In this document: in pieces, positions 7,356 to 17,284 of the stretch
Numbering within the stretch: position 1 is the stretch's first letter
Layout: every line of letters begins with the position of its first letter
NCBI GenBank assembly: GCA_031411295.1
Contig: JANOAV010000210.1
Span: 1-27,116 of the forward strand
Source of the DNA: Verrucomicrobiales bacterium
GTDB taxonomy: Bacteria > Verrucomicrobiota > Verrucomicrobiia > Verrucomicrobiales > V1-33
Reading direction: 5' to 3'
Length of the DNA: 27,116 nucleotides
Notes under the pieces: model-generated
Database searches by the model: none
The model's input: only the letters and a program-made list of their open reading frames with translations
What the model was told of the DNA's origin: nothing
Translations under genes and position numbers: made by a program

Positions 7356-8423
7356 TTACGAAAGCTTCCGCCGTGCTTGCACCGCAGCGGCTAATGTTTC
7401 CAGCACAGGCACGGTATCATCCCAACTGATACAGGCGTCCGTAATGCTCTGTCCATGCACCAGCGATTGGCCCGGCTTGGCGTCCTGCTTGCCTTCCACG
7501 AGGTGGCTTTCGATCATGACGCCAGTGATGCTGTGATTGCCCGCAGCCATTTGCTGGGCCAGGGAGTCGGCCACGGCGGGTTGATTGCGATGATCTTTGT
7601 TGCTGTTCCCATGGCTGCAATCCACCATGATGCTATCGATTAGCCCGGCCTTGAGCAGACTGGCACTAACTGGGGCCAGGTGCTCGGCGGAGAAATTCGG
7701 TCCATCCGAACCGCCGCGCAGGATCACATGACAGGTGTCGTTCCCCCGCGTCTTGACAATGGCGCAGCGACCGTCCTTGGTCACGCTGAGAAATTGATGG
7801 CTGCCCCGGGCGGCCCGAATGGCGTCCAGCGCGATATCGATGTTTCCTTTGGTGCCGTTTTTGAATCCAACGGGCATGGATAGTCCACTGGCCAGTTGCC
7901 GATGCACCTGGCTTTCCACGGTGCGCGCCCCGATGGCTCCCCAGGTGACTAAATCTGCGATGTATTGTGGGGAAATCGTGTCCAGAAACTCGGTCGCTGC
8001 GGCCACCTTCATTTTGGTCAGGTGCAGCAACAGTTTACGGGCCAGTTCCAGCCCGCGGTTGATGTCATAGGTTTCATCCAGATCCGGGTCATTGATGAAG
8101 CCCTTCCAGCCCACAGTGGTGCGGGGTTTTTCAAAATAGACTCGCATCACGATCAGCAAATCATCAGCGAAGCGAGCGGCCTCCACGCGCAGGAGTTCGG
8201 CATACTCCAGCGCAGCCGCCTCATCATGGATGGAGCATGGTCCCACGACCACCAGCAAACGATCATCCTTCCGCGCCAGAATCGCCTCCGTCTGCTGACG
8301 ACTTGCAGTTACGAAAGAGACATCGTCTGCGGCGGGCATGAATTTATCGATCAGAGAATCCGGCGTGATTAACGGGCGGAGACCTTCGATGCGGACGTCG
8401 TCTGTGGAAATGGGGGCGTGCAT
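7356..8423 (-). CDS. aroG: 3-deoxy-7-phosphoheptulonate (DAHP) synthase, class I-alpha
   Basis: VVGPCSIHD, MRVYFEKPRTTVGWKG, AIGARTVESQVHR, GFKNGT, ILRGG, MVDCSHGNS, GQSITDACI. The aroF/G/H isoform cannot be resolved. Confidence 0.93.
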   Translation of the reverse strand: MHAPISTDDVRIEGLRPLITPDSLIDKFMPAADDVSFVTASRQQTEAILARKDDRLLVVVGPCSIHDEAAALEYAELLRVEAARFADDLLIVMRVYFEKPRTTVGWKGFINDPDLDETYDINRGLELARKLLLHLTKMKVAAATEFLDTISPQYIADLVTWGAIGARTVESQVHRQLASGLSMPVGFKNGTKGNIDIALDAIRAARGSHQFLSVTKDGRCAIVKTRGNDTCHVILRGGSDGPNFSAEHLAPVSASLLKAGLIDSIMVDCSHGNSNKDHRNQPAVADSLAQQMAAGNHSITGVMIESHLVEGKQDAKPGQSLVHGQSITDACISWDDTVPVLETLAAAVQARRKLS

Positions 8424-8559
8424 ATGGCTGGAAAAGGAAAGCGCGCATTCTGGAACCCCCTGCCCCCCGATGCAAGAGGTTTAGCTGACAGTATTCGCAC
8501 GCACCAAGGACTGTGGTTGAACTTTGCAGACAATCAGTTTAGATGGAGGCGCTGACTAA

Positions 8560-9360
8560 ATGGTCTGCGTCCACTCTCCCTCCCTCTCATTTTCTTCCGT
8601 GCAAAATCTCTTCCGATCCATTCGCCTTGGCCGTTTGTGGGGGATTGATGTGTTCGTGCACAGCACGTTTATTATGTTCCTGTTATTTTTTGGATTGCAG
8701 GAATGGGGGGTGAGCAAAGCGTCGGGTCATTCGAATCTCCAAGCGCTGCAGTCCGCCGGAACGATGGTAACCTTGATCTGTGCCATCTTTGGTTGTGTGC
8801 TGCTGCACGAATATGGCCATGCCCTCACGGCCCGGGCCTTTGGCATCGGCACGGTGGATATTACGCTGCTGCCGATTGGCGGGGTGGCCCGGTTGGAGCG
8901 GATCCCCGAGCGGCCACGGCAGGAGCTGCTGGTGGCTTTGGCGGGTCCGGCAGTCAATCTTGTGATCGTTATTTTGCTGCTAGCGTTGTTCGGTCTGGCC
9001 CATTTTGTGGATTTGGCCAAACTCACCCAGCACCGGGGTGATTGGATGCATCAACTGAATCTCTGGGCCAGTTTCTCGACCCAACTGTTGTGGGCTAATG
9101 TGGCGATGATTGTGTTCAATGCCATCCCTGCCTTCCCCATGGATGGTGGGAGAGTTTTGCGGGCTTTGCTGGCCATGAAAATTAACCGAGTTAAAGCGAC
9201 TGACATTGCCGCTGGCATTGGTAAATTTCTTGCGATTGGCCTCATCATCTATGGGGTTAGATCCCACCACTACCTGTTGATTTTTACGGCTATCTTTGTC
9301 TGGATTGGAGCCGCTTTCGAAGCCCAAGCAGTGCGCGAGGACGCGGCCCAGACCGCCTAA
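8560..9360 (+). CDS. Site-2 protease, peptidase M50 family
   Basis: HEYGH zinc motif, LLPIGG, AGPAVN, NAIPAFPMDGGR; multiple TM segments; GGAGG 10 nt upstream of the ATG; no CBS domains. Confidence 0.93.
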   Translation: MVCVHSPSLSFSSVQNLFRSIRLGRLWGIDVFVHSTFIMFLLFFGLQEWGVSKASGHSNLQALQSAGTMVTLICAIFGCVLLHEYGHALTARAFGIGTVDITLLPIGGVARLERIPERPRQELLVALAGPAVNLVIVILLLALFGLAHFVDLAKLTQHRGDWMHQLNLWASFSTQLLWANVAMIVFNAIPAFPMDGGRVLRALLAMKINRVKATDIAAGIGKFLAIGLIIYGVRSHHYLLIFTAIFVWIGAAFEAQAVREDAAQTA

Positions 9361-9369
9361 ACTTAATTT

Positions 9370-11046
9370 ATGACTATGAATTGGAACAGCAAACAACTAA
9401 CCAAGGGCTGGCAGCGGGGCGTGAACGCTTTCTTCTGGGGACTGGGTTTTACGGAAGCAGACTTCGACAAGGCTCAGGTGGGCATTGGGGTGCCGCTGTT
9501 GGATGGTAATATCTGCAATGTGCATGCCCACGCCCTGGCGATGAAAATCAAGGAAGGCATCAACGCGCAGGGGATGATCGGCCTGCCCTTCGGCGTGCCT
9601 GGAGTGAGTGATAACATCACCCAGGGGCATGAAGGGGGCAATGCCTCTCTGCCCAGTCGGAACGTGATTGCCAACGCCACGGAAATGGTGGCCAGCGCGC
9701 ATTGTTATGATGCCGTGATTGGGCTGCACCACTGCGACAAGAACGGCCCCGGCTTTGCCATGGCGTTGGCGCGGTTGAATTATCCCGGCTTGATCGTTAG
9801 TGGCGGCAGTATTCTGCCCGGATGCTATCAACAACAGCCCGTGACCATTCTCGATGCTTACGATGCCCAAGCCAAGGCCGCCATCGGCACCATGAGCTAT
9901 GAGGAAAGTGAAGCCATCATTCGCGTTGCCTGCCCCGGGCCTGGGGGATGCGGGATTGCCGCCAGTTTCAATACTTGGGGCATCACGCTGGAGGCGTTGG
10001 GGTTAATGCTGCCGGACAGTTCTTCCATTCCCGCAACCGATGCTGGGAAGCTGAGGGAAAACACTCGCATTGCCGCAGCGGTGCGTCAGTTGCTCCAGCG
10101 CAATATCCGGCCCCGGGACATTCTCACTAAGGCGGCCTTCACTAATGCCATGACTGTGATGGCGGCCATTGGCGGATCCACCAACGGCGTCCTCCACCTG
10201 CTGGCACTGGCGGTGGAAGCGAAGGTGAATTTCACCCTGAGCGATGTGCAGGAAATTTGCCGCCGCACCCCGGTGCTGTGTAATTTCGCTCCGCGGGGCA
10301 AGGGCACCATGGTGGATTTGCATCGGCTAGGCGGAACCTCCATGCTCTTGAAACATTTGTGGATTGCTGGTCTGCTGGAGGATTCCTGTATGACGGTGAG
10401 CGGGCATCGCTTGGGCGAAATGTTGTTTGATGCCCCCGAATTGCCGCCGCATCAGGACTTGATCGCAGCGTATGATGCCCCTTTCAAAGCTCATGCGGAC
10501 ATGCAGATTTGTTTTGGCAATCTGGCTCCGGATGGTATTGTCTTCAAGGTGTCTTCCATGGACTCTCCTCGTTTCTCCGGCCAAGCGATTTGCTTCACGG
10601 ATGCGAAGGCGGTGCAAGAGGCCGCCACGGCCAAGAAAATTCGGCCCGGGCATATTGTCATTTTGCGCGGACTGGGACCCGTCGGCAGTGGCATGCCGGA
10701 AGTGTTGGTCGCCACGGCTGCGTTGAGCACACCGGATTTGGATGGGAAGGTGGCGCTCATTTCCGATACGCGCATCAGCGGGGTGAGCCATGGTGCCATC
10801 GGCGTGCACTGTGCCCCGGAAGCCGCCGTGGGCGGCCCCATTGCCTGGGTGCGGGATGGCGATACCATCAGCTTCGATCTCACGCAGGGTGAAATTTCCT
10901 GGCATGTTAGTCCCACCGAGTTAGCGCAACGCCAACAAGCTGAACCGCTGGCGTCACTCAAATATCAACGCACGTATCTAGCCGACTTTGCGGCCACGGT
11001 CGCGCAGGCGAACTTCGGTTGCGTCTCGCGGCATCAGTTGGCGTGA
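9370..11046 (+). CDS. ilvD: IlvD/Edd family dehydratase (dihydroxy-acid dehydratase-like, divergent)
   Basis: CNVH, VSDNITQGHEG, SLPSRNVIA, CDKNGPG, ACPGPGGCG, GGSTNGVLHLLA, GNLAPDG, GMPEV, RISG, HCAPEAAVGGPI. Confidence 0.85.
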   Translation: MTMNWNSKQLTKGWQRGVNAFFWGLGFTEADFDKAQVGIGVPLLDGNICNVHAHALAMKIKEGINAQGMIGLPFGVPGVSDNITQGHEGGNASLPSRNVIANATEMVASAHCYDAVIGLHHCDKNGPGFAMALARLNYPGLIVSGGSILPGCYQQQPVTILDAYDAQAKAAIGTMSYEESEAIIRVACPGPGGCGIAASFNTWGITLEALGLMLPDSSSIPATDAGKLRENTRIAAAVRQLLQRNIRPRDILTKAAFTNAMTVMAAIGGSTNGVLHLLALAVEAKVNFTLSDVQEICRRTPVLCNFAPRGKGTMVDLHRLGGTSMLLKHLWIAGLLEDSCMTVSGHRLGEMLFDAPELPPHQDLIAAYDAPFKAHADMQICFGNLAPDGIVFKVSSMDSPRFSGQAICFTDAKAVQEAATAKKIRPGHIVILRGLGPVGSGMPEVLVATAALSTPDLDGKVALISDTRISGVSHGAIGVHCAPEAAVGGPIAWVRDGDTISFDLTQGEISWHVSPTELAQRQQAEPLASLKYQRTYLADFAATVAQANFGCVSRHQLA

Positions 11047-11058
11047 GAGGGGCTCGGT

Positions 11059-11499
11059 CTAAGCACAGGCGGGACAGACTCCGTAGAACTCAAGCTCGTG
11101 GTAAATCTGCTTGAAGCCAGACGTCTTTTCCAATTGCGCCTCCAAGGCGTGGACCGGACAGGCCATGTCGATTTCCTCCATCTTGCCGCAGTTCGTGCAG
11201 ACCAGATAGTCATGATGCTGGCCGGGGACGACGAGCAGGAAATAACGTGACCGCTCATGCAGCCCCAAGCGTCGCACCAGCCCGTGCTCCTCCAATTTCA
11301 TGACGAGCCGATACACCGTGGCGGGATCACACTGGACCTTGATGGCTTCGCTGGCAGCTAACTCTGCCAGCGTCACTGGCTTGCCCCGGCGGGCGAGTTC
11401 TTCGATGACGAGTTCCAACGCCCGCGTGCGCCGTGCCCCCTGCTTGCGCAGATGGTCGATGCAGTGTTGGACGTGTTGCTGGATTGCTTGGGGGGTCAT
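11059..11499 (-). CDS. Fur family transcriptional regulator
   Basis: RRTRALELV winged-helix start, ATVYR, HHDYLVCTNCG, C-terminal GVCPAC. Confidence 0.93.
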   Translation of the reverse strand: MTPQAIQQHVQHCIDHLRKQGARRTRALELVIEELARRGKPVTLAELAASEAIKVQCDPATVYRLVMKLEEHGLVRRLGLHERSRYFLLVVPGQHHDYLVCTNCGKMEEIDMACPVHALEAQLEKTSGFKQIYHELEFYGVCPACA

Positions 11500-11600
11500 G
11501 GATATTTTACGCGAGATCGCGCTTGGCCAGACTCACCCAGCAATCCCGAATCATCAATCACGATTTTGTTCAGTCCCAACCCCGCCGGAAGTCACTGCTG

Positions 11601-12860
11601 TTAGTGGGCTAACTCGAAACAGCCAGCCTGCTCGGTGCTGCGGGCGAAAATGTATCCGCCGGCCAGGGTGGGGGTGGACCAGCATTTGCCGTCGAGCACA
11701 TCTGCGCGCGCGATTTCCTTATAAGCATCCGGCTTGGCGGCCGCGAGCACCAGTTCCCCCTTGTCACTCAACACCAACAATTGATCGCCTGACAGAATGG
11801 TGTTACCCGGGCCGAAGCCCTCCTGCTGCCATTTCATTTCCCCGGTGCGGATATCCACGCAGGCGAGCGGGCATTTGCCGTATTCTTTAAATCCAAACAA
11901 GCCATAAAGGTAGCCGTCCTTGCAGACCGGGGTGCTCCAATGGTTGATGTTCTTACCTTCCGTGCGCCAGATCTGGGTGGACTCTAACTTGAAGCCGGTC
12001 TTGGAAATTTTAAATGCGCCTGCGCCCACGCCGTAGCCGGCAGAGCAATAAACAATGTCCTGCCAGACGATGGGTGATGCCGCCGTGGAGGTTTTGTAGC
12101 TGTAGTCCTGGCGCCATAGGAGTTTTCCCTTCAGATCCAAGGCTGCCAGGCCCTTTTGCGTGAAGAAGATAATCTGTCTGATGCCATGAATCGTAGCCAC
12201 GGTGGGAGTCGCTTGCGTGATGGCATCGTCCTCTGCTTTCCACACGGGCTTGCCGGTGGCTTGATCGAAGGCGATGAAACTTTGCCCTTTGCCACCGCAC
12301 ATGACGATGCATAAATTCCCCTCCAGAATAGGCGAGGCGGCACTCTGCCAGTGCACATTCTGGGCTTTGAAATCGGCTATCAAATCAACTTTCCACAAGG
12401 CCTTGCCGCTCTTGGCATCGAGACAATAGAGGTCCAGATTCGCCCCCAGCACGAACACTTTCCCTGGAGCCAGGCTGGGGGTGCTGCGGGGACCATCGTC
12501 GCCCTTTTTGCCGCCGGAGTCTCCGCCGCCATCATACTTGGCGATTTTGAGTGGAAATGCCCATTGCTCCTTGCCGGTGGCCGCATCCCAAGCGACGCAC
12601 GTTTCCGTCGGCACGCCTTCGGTTTCCCGCGTCATCAAGGTGACGGCCAGACCTCCGCCCACCGCAATAGAACTGAACCCTTGGGTGGCGGCTTGTTTCC
12701 ACACGGACTTGGGGCCTTCGCTGGACCATGGCTTGGCGATGACTTCCTTGGTGGAGCCATCACCATTGGGCCCCCGATACTGGGGCCATGCCGCAGTCAA
12801 CTGCTGGGCGAAGGACAGGGTGGGCAGGAGCAGGGAACAACAAATGAGGGTGCGTTTCAT
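11601..12860 (-). CDS. Secreted PQQ-binding-like (BamB-like) beta-propeller protein
   Basis: Signal peptide, WPQYRGPNGDG, repeated D..TG...W blades, STP/ASP motifs, C-terminal WSTPTLAGGYIFAR. Confidence 0.9.
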   Translation of the reverse strand: MKRTLICCSLLLPTLSFAQQLTAAWPQYRGPNGDGSTKEVIAKPWSSEGPKSVWKQAATQGFSSIAVGGGLAVTLMTRETEGVPTETCVAWDAATGKEQWAFPLKIAKYDGGGDSGGKKGDDGPRSTPSLAPGKVFVLGANLDLYCLDAKSGKALWKVDLIADFKAQNVHWQSAASPILEGNLCIVMCGGKGQSFIAFDQATGKPVWKAEDDAITQATPTVATIHGIRQIIFFTQKGLAALDLKGKLLWRQDYSYKTSTAASPIVWQDIVYCSAGYGVGAGAFKISKTGFKLESTQIWRTEGKNINHWSTPVCKDGYLYGLFGFKEYGKCPLACVDIRTGEMKWQQEGFGPGNTILSGDQLLVLSDKGELVLAAAKPDAYKEIARADVLDGKCWSTPTLAGGYIFARSTEQAGCFELAH

Positions 12861-12897
12861 AGTTAAATAAGGTGGTGATTTGATGGGAAATTAGTCG

Positions 12898-13368
12898 TTA
12901 GCGGTCCTCCTCGGAGAGATGACTGGCACTACGGTGGGTGGCACTGGAGGTCGAGCGTTGGGTCGCCCGTTTGGAGGACGCGGTGGATCGTCGCTTCACC
13001 TGCGTCGCCCCTCCCTTGGCCGCGGCAATGAGGGCTGGCAGCAACGCCATTTTCAGCAGCGCTGCGGCCAGCGCAATGCACATGGCCACCAGTGGCAGCC
13101 AAAAATTATCTTCCACGATCCACGCCCAGAGGGCCAGCGCAGCGATCCCGACCGCAATCCAGAAAATCGTCGCCTGGACCGGATGCTTCGGCACCTCAAT
13201 CAGGGCGGTGGAACCAACGGCCGCTTTGGCACCGTTGACCACTTGCTCCCATTGGGTCGGATCCTGAATCGGCTTGCCCACCGCAGAGGCGATCGATTTC
13301 TGGAACAACGATGCTCCAAAAAGCAAGATGGCCAAGAAGAAAGAAATGCGGCTGAGCGGTGCGTTCAT
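12898..13368 (-). CDS. Hypothetical membrane protein
   Basis: GAGGA RBS before ATG 13368; three hydrophobic segments; Ser/Thr/Arg-rich C-terminal tail. Confidence 0.7.
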   Translation of the reverse strand: MNAPLSRISFFLAILLFGASLFQKSIASAVGKPIQDPTQWEQVVNGAKAAVGSTALIEVPKHPVQATIFWIAVGIAALALWAWIVEDNFWLPLVAMCIALAAALLKMALLPALIAAAKGGATQVKRRSTASSKRATQRSTSSATHRSASHLSEEDR

Positions 13369-13538
13369 AGGAGATTCCTCGCCATTCCCGTCTGCTGCAC
13401 AAGTGAAAAATACCCGCATCCTCGGAATGGCGTTGTAGGTCACCCTTCCGTGCGTTGAAATTTGCATCCACATTAATATCAGATTTAAATCTTGCTCCGC
13501 CTTGATTTTACTGTAAATTCAATGATTACTAAATTTAA

Positions 13539-14453
13539 ATGAAATTTCTACTCAGGAAAATCCTCCAACCTCGCATCTGGGGTCGAATCATGACCGAACG
13601 GTTGTGCGAACCCCTGCACCTGAACGTCGCGGCTCTTTTCGTGGCCTTATTTGGCACCTTCCGTGCCAAAGTGTGGTTCGATCTCATTCTCCGCCCGCAT
13701 AATGCATATGCGCTCCTGAAGGCGGCGGATCAAGCCAAAGGCATGGGGCTCAAAACTGTCAGTGTGCTGGAATTCGGCGTGGCCACGGGGGCTGGGCTGA
13801 TGAATTTGGCCGATGTAGCGCGCCGGGTGACGGCGGTTACCGGAGTGGAGTTCCAGATCTATGGGTTCGACAGTGGGCAGGGCATGCCGCCAGCGGTGGA
13901 TTATCGGGACCATCCCGAAATGTATCAACAAGGTGACTACGTGATGAATCGTGAGGCACTGGAAGCCCAACTCCCCGCCAACGTGCATTTGATCATTGGC
14001 GACGTCGCGGAGACGACGATCAGTTTCGTGGAAGGACTTTCCCCGGCTGAGCCCATCGGTTACGCCATTATCGATGTCGATTACTATTCCTCGACGGTAA
14101 GTGCCCTGAATGTGTTTAAAGCGAAGGATGCCCTGCATTATCTGCCGGTCACGTCGATCTATCTGGATGACATTTTCGCAGACGAACACAATCCTTGGTG
14201 CGGAGAGTTGCTGGCGATCAATGAGTTCAACGAGGCGCAGACGATGCGCAAGTTCTGCTACAATCCATTTATTGATACGGATCGCTTATTCAAACGGGCC
14301 AGTTGGCTGCGGCACCTGTGGAACTTCCACGCCTTGGATCATCCCCACCGGGCAGAAGTCCGCACCGTGGCGGAAAAACGCTCACTGTTCAATCCCTACC
14401 TGAATTTTGCAGGGAACCGACATCATACATCGCTGACAAACCAAACGGAGTGA
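13539..14453 (+). CDS. TylF/MycF-like class I SAM methyltransferase-like protein
   Basis: LEFGVATG, YGFDSGQGMP, LIIGDVAET, IDVDYYSST, IYLDD, GELLAINEF follow the TylF-family motif order. Confidence 0.7.
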   Translation: MKFLLRKILQPRIWGRIMTERLCEPLHLNVAALFVALFGTFRAKVWFDLILRPHNAYALLKAADQAKGMGLKTVSVLEFGVATGAGLMNLADVARRVTAVTGVEFQIYGFDSGQGMPPAVDYRDHPEMYQQGDYVMNREALEAQLPANVHLIIGDVAETTISFVEGLSPAEPIGYAIIDVDYYSSTVSALNVFKAKDALHYLPVTSIYLDDIFADEHNPWCGELLAINEFNEAQTMRKFCYNPFIDTDRLFKRASWLRHLWNFHALDHPHRAEVRTVAEKRSLFNPYLNFAGNRHHTSLTNQTE

Positions 14454-15838
14454 TGAATCGCGCACTGATCCTTAAGTTTTTTATTTGGATCTACTGCCTC
14501 TCCTGGGCCTTTGACTTTCGCGGGGAGGACGATGGCGGTAACGTGGTGCAATACCTGTTTTTTGCGATCACCCTGGGAGCGGCCGGGGTGGTGATTGGCT
14601 TGGGGTGGCGCAAATTATTCATCCTGCCTGGTGGCTGGCTGATCATTTGGTGGGGCGTGTATTTGGTGAGCACCTTCTTGGTGGCCAAAGTCAACGGAGT
14701 GGAAATGGGTTGGTATCTGCGCAATCTGATCCCCCCACTTCTGCTCATGTTAAGCATGTGTGTCACCCAAGTGGCGGCGGGGGAAGGTTACTCTTACAAG
14801 ACCATCCTCTATCCCATGCTCCTGGCCGGAGTTACGAACGTCCTCTGGCGTGCCGTTTATATTCTCATTATCCGCGGCACTTCATTGGATCTGGTGCGGG
14901 TCGAGATGCTGAGCCAATGTCTCCCCATGCTGCTGGCCTTCATGTTCTGCGGCCTGGCGCTGCGCATGAAATGGCCTTTGGTGCCGCTGACGATCGGCTT
15001 GATCGGCATCACCTCCTACGTGGTCAGCATCACCCGCTCCGCCATCTTCATCCTGCTGGCGGAAGGGATCGCCTGCGCTTGGTGTGTGTGGGTGGCGCGC
15101 AGCATGCGGGTCCTGCCCCGGAGCTTCCGGGATCGTAAACTGCGCCATCTCTTCACCGGAGCCGCCGTGCTTTTCGGGGTAGTCGCGCTGGCCGCGGTCT
15201 GTGCTCCGTTTGTTTTCGAACGCTGGGCGGAACGTTTGTTCAATCCAGTCGGCGGAGCCCAAAGTAGCGCTGATCCTTCGGCTCTGACCCGATTGGCAGA
15301 AACCAAGGCTTTTGTCACCCTGCTCAATGCCGAACCAGGAACTTGGATCTATGGGCGCGGACTGGGCTATCCTTATTACTGGGACGATTCGTTCATCCCC
15401 GAACTGGCACAATACACCTATGGCAACGAGGACATCTTCCGCTCATGGTGTTCCGAAGTGAAATTTCCCGGTCACTCCATCTGGACCTACGCCACCTTCT
15501 CCGGCGGCGTGCTGGGGCTGTTGTTTTACCTTGGACTCTTTGTGGTCAGCACCTACTGGGCTTTCAAAGCCTCCCGGCAAGTGCGCTTGGTCACCGATTA
15601 CCCGCTGGATATCGCGTTCCTTCCATTCGTTGGCTTGGTGGGCTTTCTCAGTTTGAGCCTGACCTTTAATCCTTTCATCGAGCGCGCCAGCGCGATTACC
15701 ATGGGGATGCTCATGACCTTCCCGACCTTCCTCATTGTCGCTGCCTGGAAAAAGTATCCGGTGCCACCTCCACCCCAATCTGTCTCGATCCCGCCGCAGG
15801 GCCGCCAGCTCCGTAATCCATTCTCCACCGTTGGGTAA
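14453..15838 (+). CDS. O-antigen polymerase/ligase-like (Wzy/WaaL) membrane protein
   Basis: TGATG overlap with the upstream gene; 10 or more TM segments; SITRSA, SALTRLAE, YGRGLG and H-SIW...GGVLG motifs. Confidence 0.8.
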   Translation: MNRALILKFFIWIYCLSWAFDFRGEDDGGNVVQYLFFAITLGAAGVVIGLGWRKLFILPGGWLIIWWGVYLVSTFLVAKVNGVEMGWYLRNLIPPLLLMLSMCVTQVAAGEGYSYKTILYPMLLAGVTNVLWRAVYILIIRGTSLDLVRVEMLSQCLPMLLAFMFCGLALRMKWPLVPLTIGLIGITSYVVSITRSAIFILLAEGIACAWCVWVARSMRVLPRSFRDRKLRHLFTGAAVLFGVVALAAVCAPFVFERWAERLFNPVGGAQSSADPSALTRLAETKAFVTLLNAEPGTWIYGRGLGYPYYWDDSFIPELAQYTYGNEDIFRSWCSEVKFPGHSIWTYATFSGGVLGLLFYLGLFVVSTYWAFKASRQVRLVTDYPLDIAFLPFVGLVGFLSLSLTFNPFIERASAITMGMLMTFPTFLIVAAWKKYPVPPPPQSVSIPPQGRQLRNPFSTVG

Positions 15839-15907
15839 CCGTCATTTGCTCGAAGAACCGATTGAAACTTGATCTGTTCTAGCGATTGTTGGCACTCTTA
15901 AAATCTG

Positions 15908-17284
15908 ATGCCCCCTGTCATAGTCGATGCCGCCACGCTGGAGAACCAGACCCATCGCAAACGCGCGCTGGGTTTGGCCATCGCGTCGTCATTGTTGTCC
16001 AAGGGCGGAACGATGGTGTTGTTGCTCATTGTCATGCCCATGGCCTACCGGGCGTTGGGGAAAGATCGTTTCGGCGTCTATGCGGCCCTCCAGTCACTCA
16101 TGTGGTTAGTGGGATTGGCGGATTTGGGGATCGGGGCCGGGTTGGCCCGCCGCCTGACCCTCGCTACTTCAGAGGGGAATCGGGCGGAGCAAAGCCGGGT
16201 CATGTCCACGGGCTTTTTTATGATGACCGGGGTGCTCTTGGCGGTGGCCGCAGTGGGCGCAGTCGTGCTATTCCTCGTGCCGGTGGAATCGTTATATGGT
16301 CAGAATTTCGGGCCCTATGCGGACGAGTTGCGCATGAATTTGTGGCTGGGGGGAGGGATTTTTCTAACCCTGATGATCCTTGGGATTCTGCTGAAAATTC
16401 GTGAAGCCTATCAGGAAATCCACATCTTCAATCTGTTCGGAGCCGCGGGAAATATCCTTTCCGCCCTGCTGCTTTATTTCGGCATTGCCGAGGTAGCCGC
16501 CATCTGGTTCATCCTCGTTTCCATTTATGGGGTGCAGGTCGTCTTGTGGAGTATCAATGGCGGGATGGCATTGCGGCAACGTCCGTGGCTCAAGCCCGAC
16601 CGAAGTCGCTTCGATGCCGCCTTAGCCCGCTCCTTGTGCCTGGAGGGAGTTGGGTTCTTTGTCCTCATTGGCATCACCCCCATCTTCGGACGGGAATTCA
16701 TCCGCTGGCTCTTGGGACACTATTTTAATCCGGAAATCGTTGGCCACTTCGCCATCCTGGCACAGATGGGTTATATCGTTTTCGGGGTTGTGGTCATGCT
16801 TACCTACCCGCTGCGTCCCGCCATGGTTGATGCCAGCGCCAGACGGGATTTTGCGTGGCTGGAAAAGACCAAAGTGCGCCTGCAAAAACTCTGGCTCCTG
16901 GCAGCACTCACGATTCCCGTCGGCCTTTATTTACTTGGCCCCTGGGTGGTTAAAGGATGGTTCCAAAAAGCAATCCCTCTGACCCCACAGGAAATGGGTC
17001 TCTACGGCTGCTTCCTCATGTTGACCATCTGGACGGAAATCCATTGCGTGCTGCTCTCCGGGCTGGGAAAAATTCGCTCCGCCGCCATCATCGCAGGCCT
17101 GGAATGTGCCGCCGTATGCCTCGGTGCATGGATCGGCATTCGCACTCATGGCATGAGCGGGGCCCTGCTCGGGGGAACCTGCGGCATCCTCTTCACCTCA
17201 TTCCTCCTGCTCCCCTGGCTCTGGAATCGCAGTCTGCGCCAAACCGTAACCCTAACATCAGCTTCCTCCCTCGCCCCACCATGA
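15908..17284 (+). CDS. Polysaccharide flippase (Wzx-like, MOP superfamily)
   Basis: ALGKDRFGVY, ADLGIGAGL, about 12 TM segments, VGHFAILAQM, HGMSGA. Confidence 0.85.
   Translation: MPPVIVDAATLENQTHRKRALGLAIASSLLSKGGTMVLLLIVMPMAYRALGKDRFGVYAALQSLMWLVGLADLGIGAGLARRLTLATSEGNRAEQSRVMSTGFFMMTGVLLAVAAVGAVVLFLVPVESLYGQNFGPYADELRMNLWLGGGIFLTLMILGILLKIREAYQEIHIFNLFGAAGNILSALLLYFGIAEVAAIWFILVSIYGVQVVLWSINGGMALRQRPWLKPDRSRFDAALARSLCLEGVGFFVLIGITPIFGREFIRWLLGHYFNPEIVGHFAILAQMGYIVFGVVVMLTYPLRPAMVDASARRDFAWLEKTKVRLQKLWLLAALTIPVGLYLLGPWVVKGWFQKAIPLTPQEMGLYGCFLMLTIWTEIHCVLLSGLGKIRSAAIIAGLECAAVCLGAWIGIRTHGMSGALLGGTCGILFTSFLLLPWLWNRSLRQTVTLTSASSLAPP

Noticed and set aside
7013..7394. ORFs 7013..7219 and 7017..7394
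   Set aside because: They span the REP-like cluster and have shadow-ORF composition.
14303..14452. N-terminal extension of the Wzy-like ORF
   Set aside because: Overlaps the upstream CDS; the TGATG junction supports a start at 14453.
16957..17280. N-terminal extension of the LOG ORF
   Set aside because: Lies within the flippase gene in another frame; LOG homology starts at ATG 17281.
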